From Paramecium tetraurelia (taxonomy: Eukaryota), in NCBI GenBank assembly GCA_000165425.1, contig CT868529.1, positions 186,001 through 250,000 on the forward strand: a stretch of DNA of 64,000 nucleotides. The letters are read 5' to 3'. Made by a program: the position numbers and the translations under genes. Positions 43,615 through 55,232 of this stretch are shown here, one piece after another. Numbering within the stretch: the stretch's first letter is position 1; every line of letters starts with the position of its first letter. The notes below the pieces were generated by a model. That model had not been told where the DNA came from and searched no databases. It worked only from the letters and a program-made list of their open reading frames with translations.

Positions 43615-46242
43615 TCATTTTTTCATAAATCCAAACAAGCTTTTCTTCTCTGCTTGTTATTGTTAAGCTTAGGGTTGAGGTTGTTATTGAGCCTAAAATA
43701 TAAAACTAATAAATTACTGGAGGAGGAGCTGGTTATTAAGCAACTGGTTGAGCGGCTCCTGTTGGTCTATTATTATTTAATGGATAATTATTTTAAGGTT
43801 ATTAAATTGGCTATGTAGGTTAGGTTGGAGGTTGAGCTTATCTTTATTATGGTTATGTTGGGGATGGTTGTTGTCTAGTTGAATCTGGTTATTAAGTTGT
43901 ATTTCTATTTACGATAGGGTCATTAGGTTTTTAAGGTAGTTATTCTTGGTCTTTTGGCACATCTGTTCTTTAGGTAGCATTAGTTGTCAAAGGCTTATTA
44001 TTTTAATTGGTGTTTGCAGAGACCTATTATGATTATTATTATTAAGGTTGTTATGGTTTTGGTTATTATTATTACTACTATGGTGTTTATTACTAATAAT
44101 GTATTTAAGTATCATACTTATGGTTTATTCTATTGAGTAGGCGCAGAATTAGCTTATTTTTATTTTTAAATGTATTATTAATCTTCTTATTCTTCATTTG
44201 CTGATAATATATATTCTGATAGACTAATTTATAGATTTTGATATTTACTCAGGATCTCTTTTAATAATCTTTTATGCATTTTTGAATGTTTCTACTTCCC
44301 TATTTAGCTTCTTTCTCTCTTCAACTACATTTTAGTCTTCACTAATAACTGACAAAATGGTTTAGTTTTGCATTAAATTTTATTACAATTATCTCAACAT
44401 TTGATTCTATAGTATAGAAATTATAGAAGTACTTAGCATCCTTTAACTAAAAAGTATCCTATCAGTTTTGGAACGTTGTCCCTAGCAGCCCTGACTACTA
44501 ATTTGAAATAATGCTCTATTTTAGTTCTTAACTCTAAAACCATAGGATTTCCTTTTTATTGATCAGCTTTTGATTCCTTGCCAAATTTGATGAAAGGTTT
44601 GCCACTTAAATAGTTTAAATCATTTGTGAAAATGTAGTTTTATTCTGCATCAAGTACATCAGTAATAGAATCATGGGCATTCTTTTTACATTCATGAATC
44701 ACTTCCATAATTTAATCTTATAACATTTTGTAAACAGAAGGCAATCTATTAAATATAAAGAGACTCATACTATTGTAATTGGCTTTCTAAAATAGTATTT
44801 GCATACTATTCTAGGATCTGAAATGCTTATTCAAGAGTGTCATAAGCGGGAGCATATAATTTCTTTAATTCTGGATTCAAAAGAGCATAAAATGCATCCA
44901 CAGGCAAAAACCCAGGAATAGATTATGCTTAATATTTTTAAATGACTTATAGAATATCCTCTTCCTTAAATTTCTTTAAAGCACAATAATCTAATTGACT
45001 GTAATCGTCATATAAATCTTTGAACAGCAACTTAATTGATGACCCAGCTGGCACCTATAAACTCTTGATATTAGCCTTTTGTTTTTCATATTATCCTGAT
45101 ATAGAATTTCGAAAACGGACAGAAAATTCATGGATCAGTTACCAAATATAATGCAATTTATCCTAAATAATGTTATAGAATAGAATTACAGAATCTTCAA
45201 TTGGCAATCCAGGTCCCAAAATGTCAAGTCTATTCTATACTTTAGAGATCCTCTGATTAATTTCTTACATTAAAGTAGGCAAGAAACTTCGGATTCTTCG
45301 ATATAGAATTCTAGTTAATTTGCCAGTCAACACCTAAGTACCAAATATATCTCCAGGAATGGAAGAATAAACAGGATGATTGGCAAAGAAATTCTTTTCT
45401 CTTTGAACAGCTTACACAATGGGAACACTATCCTTAATTTCTTATTGGGATCTCAACTTCACTCCCACATAACCATATTTGAGTGGCACTTCTTCTCCTT
45501 TTAACATTTTAATTGCATTTGTTCCTTGATCCATAATATCTATTTTTGTTAAGACTCCTACAGTCCTGATGCCATCTGGATCCAATTTCTTAGCCAATAA
45601 TAATGCATCTGATGTTGTCATGTCTGCGTTGGCTGCAACAACACACAAAATGATAGCTGATGGGTCTTCACAATATCTCTTAGCCATATTGGTTGTGATT
45701 TATTCAATATCTTTAGGTTAATCCATAATTGGTATTCTTGTAATTCCAGGTAAGTCTATATTACATAGAATCTTTTATCGTTACCAACAAGGGTTAGGTC
45801 TGGACAATTAGGTCCAGTCACTGCCAAAATGATTGGTTTGTCAATGATGTTTTTGCTTGATCCACACACCTTGTCAGTTAATTCTTCGATGCTTTTCCTG
45901 ACTTCTTCAAAATTGGTATATTTCTTGCCTTTGATTTCTTCTACGAATTCAGCTGTTGGTTAGGCACACACACTTTAAGGTGAGTAAGACAGACGCAATT
46001 CCAATGGTCTTCTTGTGACAACGCCCTATTTTATCAAATCATAACATTACAGATCCTCTTGGTAAGAAATCAATTCCCACTATATGTTCCAACAGTGAAG
46101 ACTTTCCTGCAGATTGGATACCTAGGACAACGATTCGAGGTAATTTTATGTAATCATTCAGTCCAATATCACGTAATTGATCTACCAAAGTAATTACTTT
46201 TCTTAAGTTTCCCAACAAACTTGTTTATGACTCTTATGACAT
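43615..46242 (-). CDS. Dynamin-related GTPase with P/Q-rich C-terminal tail
   Basis: [51 protein letters not shown] and [16 protein letters not shown]; middle and GED domains ([18 protein letters not shown]); P/Q-rich tail ending [13 protein letters not shown]. Confidence 0.95.
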
Positions 46243-47292
46243 AAATAATTAAAATATTTTTATATAAACTTGAAATTCCATATTCTCATTATAATTAAAA
46301 TTCCTCTACTACTAATAATTCACACTTGTCATAAATAAATGCAAATTTATTTCTCTAACCTTTTAATTACTTATGTAAATTTTCCATATTTGTATTTATT
46401 AATATTGCCTATTTTTAACTATGATCCTTCTCTCAAAATATCCCTCCTATGATTTTAAATAACTAGCTATACGGCTAAGTTTTGATCTAATTCATATCCT
46501 AGTTATATGTATTATATATAGATATAATCTAAAGATTTATTATTAATTGGTTATTACAAATATAATCTTATCTTATAATCTAATACTAAATGAAGATGCA
46601 AATAAATACATAAACAACTATCTATTATATCAAATAAGTCTTTATTCTTTTTATTTATTAAAAAGATAATTTAATAAATGTTTTGGTCAAAAAATAATAT
46701 AAGGATGTAATAAGATTATAAAATTTTGTTGGAAACATGTCAAAAAAGAATCAACTTGGATTCAAAATCAATTAGGTTCATTTTAGATAATTACATGAAT
46801 AACTATTAATAGTATATAGAGATAATGCTCGCATTTATAATTGCTCTTTATACTTTAGAGTTAAACTTCTAATTATTTACATGAATTGAAAAAGTAAATA
46901 TAGAAATCGTAAATGAACAAATGACTACTTAAATTATGATCACCCATGAATTTAAATGAATTGATTGAAATTTTTTGGAATTATCATTTAGAAAAATTTA
47001 ATCAAAAACAATTTATAACAATAATGTATAAACACAAAAGAAATAATTTTTGTAACCTCTTAAATATTTTCTACAAATTTTATTCGTGAGAATAAAAAAT
47101 ATGATTTAAATTGAATTTAATTGATCAACTATGAGTATCTTTATTAATTAGAATATGGTTATATATACTAACTAGTTCCTTTGTTAATTTTAGAATGTGA
47201 ATATATAAGTATTTTTATTTTAATATTAATTAAATTTGTAACCTACAAATATAAAATATAAATCCAATTCTTCTTTTGTTATTGTATTTTTA

Positions 47293-48645
47293 ATGATCTC
47301 TTTTAACAAGCACTACATCAACCTAGCATAAAGCAACTTTGACATTTAATAAAAATATCTTCAAAATGTTCCAGACGATGAAGCACCATAATAATGCATA
47401 TAATAGTATGATTTAAAGAACCCAGTTGATGTTAAGTATGGATACAAGGACAATTAGTCTCTGCTTTTTGAAATTCATAAAAATCTTCCTCACTAACCTG
47501 ATTTTAAAATTGGTGTTGATTTAATATACTTAATTGACATTAATTAGACATTAAATGATGAAGCATTAGAAAAAATGAAATCGGCCTTGAAATGTTTAAT
47601 TAATTATTTAACAGAACAGGATAGGTTGTGTATAATTATTTATAACAATAAAGCTGATAAGCTTTTCCCATTAATTCCACTCAATGAAAAAAACAGATAA
47701 ATTATTCTTTAAAAGATAGACCAGATCACTCTGTAGAAAGGGAATTCAAATATTTTAAATGCCCTATTGGTTGCAAACTTGTGTTTGAAACTAAGATAAT
47801 ATAAAAACTAAATAACTTCTATTAATGTAATTAGTTAAGATGTTGAAATATAATAAAACAACCATGATTTTAAACAGATCTTTGAAAAAGAGTTAGTATT
47901 CAAATTGAAAACCTTTCTGTTGCTCTCTAATAAATAATAAGAATCCCCTAAGATTAAAAAAAAGCCTGGAAATACAAAAGATGGAAATTTATAAATTGTC
48001 AAAAGTGTAGATCAATTATCTTCATTGTTATGTTACTAAGCGACCAAGCTCTAATAGTCTGTTATAAAAAACTTATTAATAATAGTTAAAACACACAAGC
48101 AATGCCCTATTTAATTATCGGAATAGGAAGGAGGAAAATTTCAATACGTTAACCCATATGAAATTAGGATTTCTAAAAATTTGATTTCATTTGGGTACAA
48201 TAAGGTTCATTTGATAAGTCTAAAAAACAGTCCAATAATTGAAGCTGATTAAATTTGTGAGATTGAAGTATCCTTCGAGTAGACAACTTCGAATCATCGA
48301 CAGAAATACTTAATCCCAATTAATACATAGAAGTCTAATGGTATTATAGATAGATCTGTTATGGTTGACAAATATCGCTTGAAATCAAGAAGTTAGATGA
48401 ATGAAGCAATAATATACTATGATCCACATCGAATTTAAGATAGTACTGAAATTCTTAAAAACTATTTGTCAGAACTAGCAAATTTGCCTGATGACATAAA
48501 ATAATAATTAACTGTTGAAACGAAATAATTTGATGATGCGCTATAAAAGTACCTCTAAAATCCTTTTTAATAAATTTAGAATCCATTTATAGCAATTGAT
48601 GATCTTAAAAAGTAGCAAAGATTGAAACCTTTTGATAATCATTGA
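47293..48645 (+). CDS. Protein with degenerate von Willebrand A domain (start codon uncertain)
   Basis: GVDLIYLIDINQTL...LEKMKSALKCLINYLTEQDRLCIIIYNNKA...GNSNILNALLVA. TGA at 48643-48645. The frame is also open upstream to an ATG near 47131. Confidence 0.72.
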
Positions 48646-48888
48646 TTTATTCGTCTTTCTAATACAATATAAGTAAAGTCTTTTCATTATCTTTAATTAA
48701 ATTTCTATATTATATTAATGAAATAATAATAGCTTACAATAGGGACTTAATTTTTATTGGTCAGATAAATATTTTCCATTATTTGAAAAATATAAATGAA
48801 ATAATAGATATTAGATTAGTCTTTAAAACATAAATTTAATTTTGAATATATACAGAAATAAATTTATCATAAAATAATATCAAAAACT

Positions 48889-49791
48889 ATGTCAGCTTCT
48901 AAATTGATGTACTCTTCTCCTCGACCTAAGAATTAATCCGCTGTTTCATATGGTGGTGATAGAGATAGGGCACTTTCTCCCAGCAGAGCGAAGATCTCAT
49001 AATTAACTGAAAAGCTCTCTAACCTATAGCATTCTATTGATGAGGATTAAGCAGTATTTTCTTATATCAATCATTTTATTTTAGTTTAAGAAGGAAACAT
49101 TTGAGTAGAAAGTCAAAATTTTAGAGGATAAAGTTATAAATAACAATAGAATGACGAATCAAAATTTAAGTTACTGAAGGAATAATTATCCAAAGTAGAG
49201 GAAGGAGCTTAAAATGAAAAAATAATTAGAGAAGTACATTTAATTCGTTTCTAAATAGAGTGACGATGAGAAATTGAGAACCAAAGATTTGAAAGGATTA
49301 GAGGCCTATTTAGGCAAGGAACTGCAAGGAGAGAAAGTGAATTGAAAAGATTTTGAATAAAAGATCATAAAAAAACTGACGATAGAGTTTATATTTAGAC
49401 TGGATTAGGCTAGGTAAAAGAAATATAGAGAGGAAACAGAAGAAAAGTATGCTGAAGAAATCGGGGATCGAGTTTTATAATTATAAGAAGAAGTTGAGGA
49501 AGAGAGGGGATAGAGGTATTGAAGTAAATTTATTCAATCTAGAGAAGAATAGTATTAATAAACCATTAAGAGATTGGGCAATTCGATATTGAAATTATAA
49601 GAAATCTTGACAACTGAGAAAAAGTAGAGAGAGATTGCTTAGGCATAGATGTTTAGAATGCTCGATGAAATGAATGTATATTTGAATGGAGAATTAAATG
49701 CTGAAAAAATGAGAGAGAGGCTACTGAATAAACCATCATCAATCTAATTGACTAAACTTGTAATAGGGTGGAGAATTGATTAAGAAAATGA
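48889..49791 (+). pseudogene. SF-assemblin (striated/kinetodesmal fibre protein)-like pseudogene
   Basis: MSASKLMYSSPRP...LSPSRAKISQLTEKLSNLQHSIDED head and EK..RE coiled-coil repeats. Lesions: frameshift near 49140, in-frame TGA at 49343-49345, local frame disturbance at about 49370-49395, frameshift near 49705, and a TGA at 49777-49779 four codons before the apparent natural stop. Confidence 0.8.
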
Positions 49792-49855
49792 ACTATATAA
49801 TAAAGTTAAAGAAAACATTTATTTTTTAAATAAATATTAATAAGGGGTTGTTTAA

Positions 49856-50340
49856 ATGGAAGAGGAAATCAACTTTAAGGATAGTCTTAATAATGAACTC
49901 ACCAGTACTAGATCTCCGAAATCCAAAAAAATCAAAAAATGTGATTCTCTTTCACCTAAAAAAAATGTGGGACATTGGACCAAGGAGGAACACGAGAAAT
50001 ATCTTAAGTTCTTAGAAGATAACATTTAAATGAAAAAAAATAACAAAATCTTCAAGCCTATGTCTGAAATAATTGGAACTCGTTCCCCAAGTCAATGCAG
50101 GTATGTATTAATAAATTAATCAGATCTCATCATCAAAAATTCAACCCTTCATCCCCATTAGCTTAGAGAAAATCGTGTAAAATAATTAGTGCTTCTAATT
50201 AAGCTACCCCAGCAACAACATTATATGAAGAGACAAATGCAACCCAAGAGGATGAGATATAAAATAGCAATAGGATTAAACTCAGGTTTTTTGAGGAGGA
50301 CGATATGGTTGAACAGAATTTTAATTTAGATGATTTATGA
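49856..50340 (+). CDS. Myb-like DNA-binding protein, SHAQKYF class
   Basis: NVGHWTKEEHEKYLKFL...IFKPMSEIIGTRSPSQCR, intron, SHHQKFN. TGA at 50338-50340. Confidence 0.9.
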
Positions 50341-50766
50341 TCATTTATAAATTAGAAGCTATTTTCAAATGAAAAATAGTGCATACTTATTTTCTTAATC
50401 CATTTTAACAATTTATTATATTACAAAATAATTATGACCTTTAAATGAATAGAGATGGATTTCTTCATTAAGACATTTGAAATAATAAAATATTTAATGA
50501 TTGCTAGCTTATATAAGATCGTTGACACCCACTTAAAACATTCATCTGTAATAATTAAAAATTGTTAATAATAGAATCCTAATATAAAACTAAAACTGAT
50601 AAATTATATTGTAAATAAGGAAATCCATAATAGTTTATTAAACATAGTTAGAGTTATTGGATTTCCTATTAAAATACTAAACATATTAGTTTAAATGCTT
50701 TCGAAATAGAGTAAGAGATTAGAGTTAATAAACATATATAGAAAATAAATTACTAAATTATAATTA

Positions 50767-52648
50767 TCACTATTATCTAGAAAGCGATTTCACTTGTATT
50801 GCCTATATTAGATCAAGAGTGCCTTTGTATTACCTACTAGGAATATTATAAATAGTAGGTAATTGGGCACTTAATGGTTCATCAATGATTTGACTCTGAA
50901 AAGAATTCATTCGAGAACTAAGTTTGATTAACAATTTTACACTTTTCTTTTCATCTAATATGACGGGATCTTCTTGTAACTATAGGTCTATTCATTCTTA
51001 AAGAAAAGAGTAGGTTATTAGATGGGTGTTTCGGATTGTTATTTGGGTTTACTTTTGACCATTAAAGGAGTTGAATCTCTTCTGGATGTGACCTTTAATC
51101 TTGGATTTCTCACTACTATAATATCCTATTCAGCATCGGAATCAGACCCAGACTCTTTGTCTTCAATCCCCTCTTTTTTGATTAACTTAATGGCTTGATT
51201 GATTTCTTATGCGTCAAATAGACGAGGATCAGTTTGATATTCATCATATTGAAATAGAGCATTAAGGATATTTTAGGCTAATAGATGGAACTCTTCCTTT
51301 TCGAAAGGTCTTTTTGATGCTCCATACAAAGAAGTTTCAATGGTCATTGAATTAGCAATTGAAAACTTCTTCCACATGGCAACTCTAGCTGTACTCATTC
51401 TATCTGGTGTCACATTAAATGAGCAATTCTAAATATGGTTTACATCTCAATTACAAAATAATTGAAGAGATCAGATCCTTATTGTAATAGTCTGCTGAAT
51501 TGTTTAACTCTCATATAATCTGAAATATGTTTAATTGGAGTGGAACAACCATATAGGAACTAGTTCAATTTCTTGGAATGTCCATGCAAATCAAGAAGAA
51601 AGGCTACTTTGTACTTTTTGATATGTTTAACTACATTGTAAATTTCTGGCTCAGTATTCTAATTAGGCATATCCCACTTTCTAAGAATAAATGTATAACT
51701 GTGTTTTACCTATTTAAATCTACCCCATTAAAATTGCACCTTGAGTTACCCAAAAATACACCATCTGGGTTAAGCATCGGAAATATTATGAATCTATACT
51801 TATTCTGGACTTAATGGCCAGAATCTAAGAATTTAATCATCTCTTCGCAGATGTGTGAACCTACTGACTCACTTGGGTGTTGACGTGCCAAAATGATCAC
51901 AACTTCAGAAGCTAATTATTTCAATATAAAAGTATACTTTACTTTTATGTTTAGTTTTGAGTTTAAATATTGGCAATCCCAAAGTAGTGCTACATAACAC
52001 CTTATGTTTCAAAGTCGAATTGTAAACTAAATGGTATAGGTTGCTGACTGTGTAAGGCAAGGTCAACGCAAAGTACACGATGCTTTTATTTTGAGTGAAA
52101 TTATAATTAAATTGTAAGGTATGCAATGGAAAATTTTACTGCAGGTTTGCAATAGAAGAATCTTAAGAATGGTAGAAGGGATGATTGATGTTTGTTCGGT
52201 AATAAAATAACTCTTTAGTAGTTTCACTATTCCATTTATTATTATCATATACTCGAATGTGGTTGTACTCTTTTAATAGGGATTTACCTCTTCGGTTATT
52301 GAGAATACGAAAAGTCAATTGTTAAGGCTATTTGACCAAAATGCCAAAATAAAACCATTGTGTACATCCATTTGTATTAGTGTCTCCATTCAATAAAATA
52401 TTCAATTCATTGCCTTCTTGTTGAACAGCCATGATGTTCGAATTCTCAAAGGATCCATAAACAATAATTTCCGATGATTCATAGAATGGTTAGGGTTCAT
52501 GTTTGAAATTGCGCTGTCTATATTATTCAATTAACTCCTTTTTACTATCATTATTTATTGTTGGTTGTTTGAGTTTCTTTTCAAATAGTTAAGTAAAGTC
52601 TAAATATTGGTTGCCGAGATCTTTATTTGTCTTCAGCAATTTTTTCAT
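50767..52648 (-). CDS. Cytosolic carboxypeptidase (M14D, Nna1/CCP; tubulin deglutamylase-like)
   Basis: SFENSNI, DTNTNGCTQWFYF, YFALTLPYT, ARQHPSES (Zn ligands), PMLNPDGVFLGNSRC, GVDLNR, DLHGHSKK, STARVA and SMTIETS (catalytic Glu). Confidence 0.9.
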
Positions 52649-52889
52649 TTATACATTCATTATAATATTTAATAAATACTTAATTATAGTATAAAGATAC
52701 AAATGCATATAATGGATTCGATTTAATATTTCAAAACCCATAAGAAATAGTGGAATTCTGAGAATGAGTGAAAACAATAATTTGAATTTAAATAAAGAAT
52801 TAGACTAGTATTTACCATTGAACCTTTCGATTCGATTTTAAATAATACCAAACTAAATAAATTGTATCTGTCTTATTCTCTAAATAAAT

Positions 52890-53818
52890 TCATGCATTCT
52901 ATTCAGGATTTATTAATTGCTTAGTCTCCTCTTTAGCTTCCTAAGCAAATTCTTCAGATTTCTTTGCAATGACCTCACCTTTTGACTTGATGTGAAATAT
53001 AGCCAAAGGACAGAACCACAACAAATCTGCATCAATTTGAGCGGCTCCCAAAAATAATGCATTTTTCCCTTCTCTCAGATAGTCAAGACTTCCATCAAAT
53101 CTCTAAACTTCAAGCAAGAGATAGAGGAAGTACAATACTCCTACAATTGGTTACCAAATCATTGGCCAAAAACCTGCTTATGTAAGTAATGCCTAATGAT
53201 CATAAACGAAAGATTACCAAGAAGAAACCCAAAAATATTCCAAGACCGGCTAATTAGAAAAAGTTCCCTTTGATTGTAAAATCGACTCCATTCAAACCTG
53301 CATCTCTATTTCTCACCAATGCTAACACGTACAAATAACCAAACACACAAAGGAAATAAAACACTTCAAATTTATTTAATGGGTAATTTACTCCATAGAA
53401 TACCATGAATGAAAACTTTCCAATGAAGTGAATACCAAAAAATAAGAAGTTCCAAGGTTTCTATATTTTGTTAATCGAATCTATGTACCTTTTTGAAAAA
53501 TGGACTGCCGAACTATAAAAATGCCAAGAAAACTGCATATATTATGAAGTTTAGTAGGTTGAACACGGGTATTAGACTGATCAACCATTGAACTGGACCC
53601 AATGAATTCACAAGTGCTGTGCTTCCAGAAGCAAGAGCACAAATCAAGACTTAAACAATAATTGCATTGTTGATTGGAGAACCAGTTATTTTGTAGTATT
53701 TCTCGATTTCATTTATTCCCTTCTCTCCCACTTCTTATATTTCATTTAATTTGTCTTCCAATCTCACTTCTGCGACTGGATTTTCTGTTGCTGGAACATC
53801 TTATTCTCGGTTTTCCAT
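52890..53818 (-). CDS. Multipass membrane protein, divergent Bax inhibitor-1/TMBIM-like
   Basis: About 6-7 hydrophobic segments after three introns. GVDFTIKGNFF and GVLYFLYLLLEVQRFDG...FLGAAQIDADLL resemble the TMBIM DFT, YDTQ and LYLD motifs. Confidence 0.55.
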
Positions 53819-53989
53819 TTTTTATTTAATTGAGTATAAAAACGAATACGGAATAGAATTAAGCAGGATTTAATTTGGAATAGTTGGGAAAGTGATTAAA
53901 TGGAACAATATAATAATATAGTAAGGCAGATTCGTATGGCATCATATTATTGAGGTTTTTATTTAAATATTTTTAAAAAATACATATTT

Positions 53990-55197
53990 ATGAAAGGAGC
54001 AAAACAATAGAAGAAATAGTCAATTTGGGATTAGGTTAAAAACGAAGAGAAGGATTTCTATTTTAACTACCTATCTAAGAAATCTAGAAATCTACAGAAG
54101 AAATTAAAGGACATAGCTGATTTGGAAGAATTATCAAAGACCAAAGAATTGAAGGCAGAACAAGTTCAAAAGATTCAAAGCAAAGAGGAAAACAATGAAA
54201 AATTAAAGGAATTAGAAGCCCAACTATCCAATTGGCTATAAGCAAAGAGGGAAGCAGAACAAAGTGGAACACTGCTTACTTAAGAAACATTCATTCTCAT
54301 TTTAGAGCATTTATCTGAAAACCAAGACACACTTGCCCTTCTCTCTCAAGACCATAATTCACTTTATGAACTTGCTAAACTACTTTAAAATAAAGTGAAT
54401 GGGTAATTGAGAAAGAAAGATCAACCATGGAAGGCTTTGAATGTAAATATATAAAATTTAAATTTAGTTGAAACATTAAGTGCAACCAGTCCCACAATCA
54501 CAAGAAGTTCAAGAAGTCCAACAATTAAAATAAGAATCACCTCACTCCCAACCTATTGTTGAAACATAGAAGGAGTAGCCCTAATAGCATGAACAATATG
54601 TACTAATTAAATCTAGTCCAAAAAAATCATTCCAAGAAGAAACTAAACCTCAAGTACATCAACCATTAGATTAATAACATCATTAACATTCAGAAGAAAA
54701 CTAATAGTAAGAAAATACTAACTTAGAATAAAATACCAATCAACCCTAGTAATAAACTTAAGAACCACCTTAGGTTGACAATCAAGAGAATTAAGAGAAG
54801 ACTCATTAACAAAGAGATGGACATAGATAACATCATCAAAATGATAATCATAGAAAAGGTTATAAAAAGAATTACCATAATGATAACAATTATGAGAGAA
54901 AAAATAATGGAGATGATTATAAACAGAGACCCTACAGAGGAAATAGATAATATCATAATAGGGACAGATAATAAAAGGAAGAGTGGTAAGAAAAGAAGCA
55001 AGGCGCTGAATAATAATAGGATAACGACCATTAAAGCTAACATAGTTCAGACGAAGAATATATTACCATTGAAAAAAGGTGAATAATTTTTGTATGCTTT
55101 TAGATAAAAAAAGCCATAACAGAAATCTTAGAGAGGTGGAAATAGAAATAGATAATAAAGATAAGGAGACGCTCAATAGAATGTTAATGTCGAATGA
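53990..55197 (+). CDS. Hypothetical protein with Caprin/PYM/eIF2A-like KKxRNL helix and Q/H/R/G/N-rich disordered tail
   Basis: KKSRNLQKKLKDIADLEELSKTKELKAEQVQKI. Tail includes RPYRGNRQYHNRDR and LRGGNRNRQQR. TGA TGA at 55195-55200. Confidence 0.65.
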
Positions 55198-55232
55198 TGA
55201 GATTATATAATAATATATACAATAAAATAGAA

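Noticed and set aside
46250..47290. Intergenic region of about 1 kb with an ORF of about 68 codons (46678-46884)
   Set aside because: Short ORFs are common in code 6, which has a single stop codon. No motif, intron or repeat support.
49343..49345. In-frame TGA as selenocysteine or readthrough
   Set aside because: It lies in a coiled coil at a position that reads best as Arg, accompanies frameshifts, and no SECIS-like element was seen downstream.
7745..52648. Apparent enrichment of cytoskeleton genes (CEP350-like, SPR1-like, SF-assemblin, CCP) as a functional cluster
   Set aside because: The genes are scattered among unrelated loci and these families are greatly expanded in ciliates, so chance is a sufficient explanation.
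54723..55086. Overlapping hydrophobic (minus) and Ile/Lys-rich (plus) ORFs in the ORF track
   Set aside because: Antisense and off-frame shadows of the low-complexity tail of the 53990-55197 gene.
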